Assembly: GCA_002269645.1 (NCBI GenBank)
Contig: NIVC01001549.1
Location: forward strand, 124,001 to 188,000
DNA: 64,000 nt
Direction: 5' to 3'
From: Macrostomum lignano
Taxonomy: Eukaryota
The notes under the pieces were generated by a model. The model made no database searches, was not told where the DNA came from, and saw only the letters and a list, made by a program, of their open reading frames with translations. A program made the translations under genes and the position numbers. Shown here piece by piece: positions 61,478 through 64,000 of the stretch (the stretch's first letter is position 1; each line of letters opens with the position of its first letter).

Positions 61478-61501
61478 ATAGGCCAAAGATTAACTAGGTG
61501 G

Positions 61502-62419
61502 ATGATTAAAAAGATTCTGCAATCTAAAGTTAAATTTGGTTTAGGAATTAATTACAACCAACATGGAAATAATTGTGTTGAGTGTTTGTTATTAAGTGGT
61601 GGTGGGTTAAGTTCTGATGAGGCAAAGATTCTTCATAAAGAATACCGAAAACCTAAATTTTATAGAAAAATCATGAACTTCAAAAAGAACGAAATTTGGT
61701 ATGCTGATTTAATGTCGATGCCAAATGAAAGAGGATATAAATATATCTTAACCATACTAGATGGTTTTACTCGATACGCGTGGGCTGTTCCTTTGAAATC
61801 CAAAAAAGGTGAGGAGGTTGCTGCTGCTTTTAGAAGTCTTGGAGAAAAAAGTGAGCGGCTATGTGTTGATGAAGGAAAAGAATTTTACAATCCTCATATG
61901 TATAAATTGTATCATTTTGAAAAAGGACAAGAAAGGAAAAAGGACGCGAATGGGGAGTATATTAATAAAATTTATTCTATTTATGGCGAAAGCAAAAACG
62001 CATTAATTGAAAGATTTAATCGAACTTTAGGTAAGAAATTGTGGTTTCAGTTTAGTCTTAATGGAAATCAAAAGTGGGTAAAAATATTACCAGACGTCGT
62101 GAAAGATTATAATAATTCATATCATTCGGCTATAAAGATGACTCCTCAACAAGCTTATAACAATCCTGAAAACGTTAAAGTTACTTTTGGAGAATTTGAA
62201 AAAAATAAAAAGAAATCTTTTAAGGTTGGTGATTCTGTTTATATCTATAAATGGAAAGATAAGTTTGAAAAAGGAAGAAAAGGATATTGGAAAATAAGTG
62301 AGAAATTTACTATCAGTAAAGTTTTAAATACCAATCCTACAACCTATATAATTGCTGATAAGGATGGTGAAGAAATATTGGGTTCGTTTTATGAGAACCA
62401 ACTAATATCAGCGAACTAA
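61502..62419 (+). CDS. INT: Retroviral-type DDE integrase (in frame with PLA2 across one TGA)
   Basis: WYADL, YKYILTILDGFTRYAW, LCVDEGKEF and IERFNRTL; SH3-like tail FKVGDSV...GSFYENQL. Confidence 0.95.
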   Translation: MIKKILQSKVKFGLGINYNQHGNNCVECLLLSGGGLSSDEAKILHKEYRKPKFYRKIMNFKKNEIWYADLMSMPNERGYKYILTILDGFTRYAWAVPLKSKKGEEVAAAFRSLGEKSERLCVDEGKEFYNPHMYKLYHFEKGQERKKDANGEYINKIYSIYGESKNALIERFNRTLGKKLWFQFSLNGNQKWVKILPDVVKDYNNSYHSAIKMTPQQAYNNPENVKVTFGEFEKNKKKSFKVGDSVYIYKWKDKFEKGRKGYWKISEKFTISKVLNTNPTTYIIADKDGEEILGSFYENQLISAN

Positions 62420-62498
62420 GTTCGAACAATTACTTGAGACAACATGGTAGTAAATTTTTTATAACAAACAAAAACAATATTATTACTATTATTGTTAC

Positions 62499-63313
<815 letters not shown>

Positions 63314-63316
63314 AAT

Positions 63317-63334
63317 TGGCGCCCAATGTGGGGC
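63317..63334 (+). promoter_or_regulatory. Primer-binding site complementary to the 3' end of tRNA-Lys(CUU)
   Basis: TGGCGCCCAATGTGGGGC differs by one base from the known Lys1,2 PBS TGGCGCCCAACGTGGGGC. Confidence 0.85.
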
Positions 63335-63496
63335 CTGCTGTGCCTGTGAGTTGTGAAGGCGAGTGTCTGTTGCATTGTTTATTGTTTATGGTGTTGACCG
63401 ATCGTCTGGGGGTTATCGTTTTGCTGGCTGAAGCGAACTTGGAGCCGAACTTCTCAATCGTGCATCGGAACGTTCCGCACTGCTGTACTGTGACTC

Positions 63497-64000
63497 ATGG
63501 CGGGTATCGATGACCTGATTGGTGCGCTGACGGACAGGCTGCGCGAGAATTTCAACCATGGGCCCCCAAGAGTTGCGAAACCGATGAAGTACGTGACTGG
63601 AATGAATTTCCGCCTGTGGTTGAGGAGTTTCAACGAATTTTGTGAGGCTACTGGGATTGAAGAAGCGGATCGAAGGCCACATCTGATGAGTCTGCTGGAT
63701 CTCAACACAGCTTATCTCGCGGTGGACAACCTTAATCTGGCGGATGATCTGGAGTATGAGGAGTTTACTGAGCATCTGCTGAACAGGTTCACGCAGCATC
63801 GGACTCCGCAGGACTTCAGATTGGAGCTGGCTGGACGGGACCAAGACCAGAAGGAGTCGATGGAGGCCTACGGTGACGCCCTGCTCGAGATAATCCGGAA
63901 CGCCTATCCGACGATTGATCAGGACGCGAGATCGGAGCTGGCCAAGGACCGATTCATGAAAGGTGTGCGAGTAGCCGAGCCAGTCCGAGAGAAGTTGTTT
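63497..64000 (+). CDS. gag: Gag (capsid) of a Gypsy-like LTR retrotransposon, running off the window
   Basis: Open frame MAGIDDLIG...FRLWLRSFNEFCEATG...RDQDQKESMEAYGDALLEIIRNAYP...LAKDRFMKG (MHR-like); absent from the ORF track because it has no stop in the window. Confidence 0.85.
   Translation, partial: MAGIDDLIGALTDRLRENFNHGPPRVAKPMKYVTGMNFRLWLRSFNEFCEATGIEEADRRPHLMSLLDLNTAYLAVDNLNLADDLEYEEFTEHLLNRFTQHRTPQDFRLELAGRDQDQKESMEAYGDALLEIIRNAYPTIDQDARSELAKDRFMKGVRVAEPVREKLF

Larger units (their letters stand above)
45784..62498. mobile_element. Polinton/Maverick (adintovirus-like endogenous DNA virus); right end cut by an LTR insertion
   Basis: Starts with AGTAGT (typical Polinton terminus). 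AT-rich, compact, spliceosomal-intron-free ORFs for pPolB, MCP, mCP, ATPase, protease, integrase and PLA2. Confidence 0.95.

Overview
Eukaryotic (animal, invertebrate) genomic DNA rich in repeats; the satellite-filled introns suggest a flatworm such as Macrostomum, but that is only an inference. Host genes: a spliced asteroid/ASTE1-like PIN/XPG nuclease gene (minus, 8.7-15.9 kb) and four paralogous CUB-domain or related membrane-protein genes/pseudogenes (about 4-5.3, 24.3-26.6, 29.3-38.6 and 42.3-45.5 kb). Mobile DNA: a Crypton-type tyrosine recombinase beside a BEN-domain ORF, Tc1/mariner relics, a SINE, a MITE and a truncated SAP-domain ORF. The largest element is a near-intact ~16.7 kb Polinton/Maverick (adintovirus-like endogenous virus, 45.8-62.5 kb). 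It encodes pPolB, major and minor capsid proteins, packaging ATPase, adenain protease, a lectin-tipped fibre, PLA2 and integrase. It lies just downstream of a splice donor of a CUB gene and is cut on the right by a Gypsy LTR retrotransposon. Main finding: the Polinton's parvovirus-type phospholipase A2 gene is interrupted by a ~332-nt group I self-splicing intron with a complete catalytic core (P1-P10, Tetrahymena-like P5abc). The two codons (CCG GGT) needed to rebuild the conserved GPG loop lie inside the intron's 3' end as a 6-nt mini-exon, which suggests multi-step ribozyme processing. The PLA2 frame runs through a single TGA into the integrase, and about 20 modular CG-flanked triloop mini-hairpins are scattered through the element. 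All assignments are from manual motif reading; no searches or folding programs were run.
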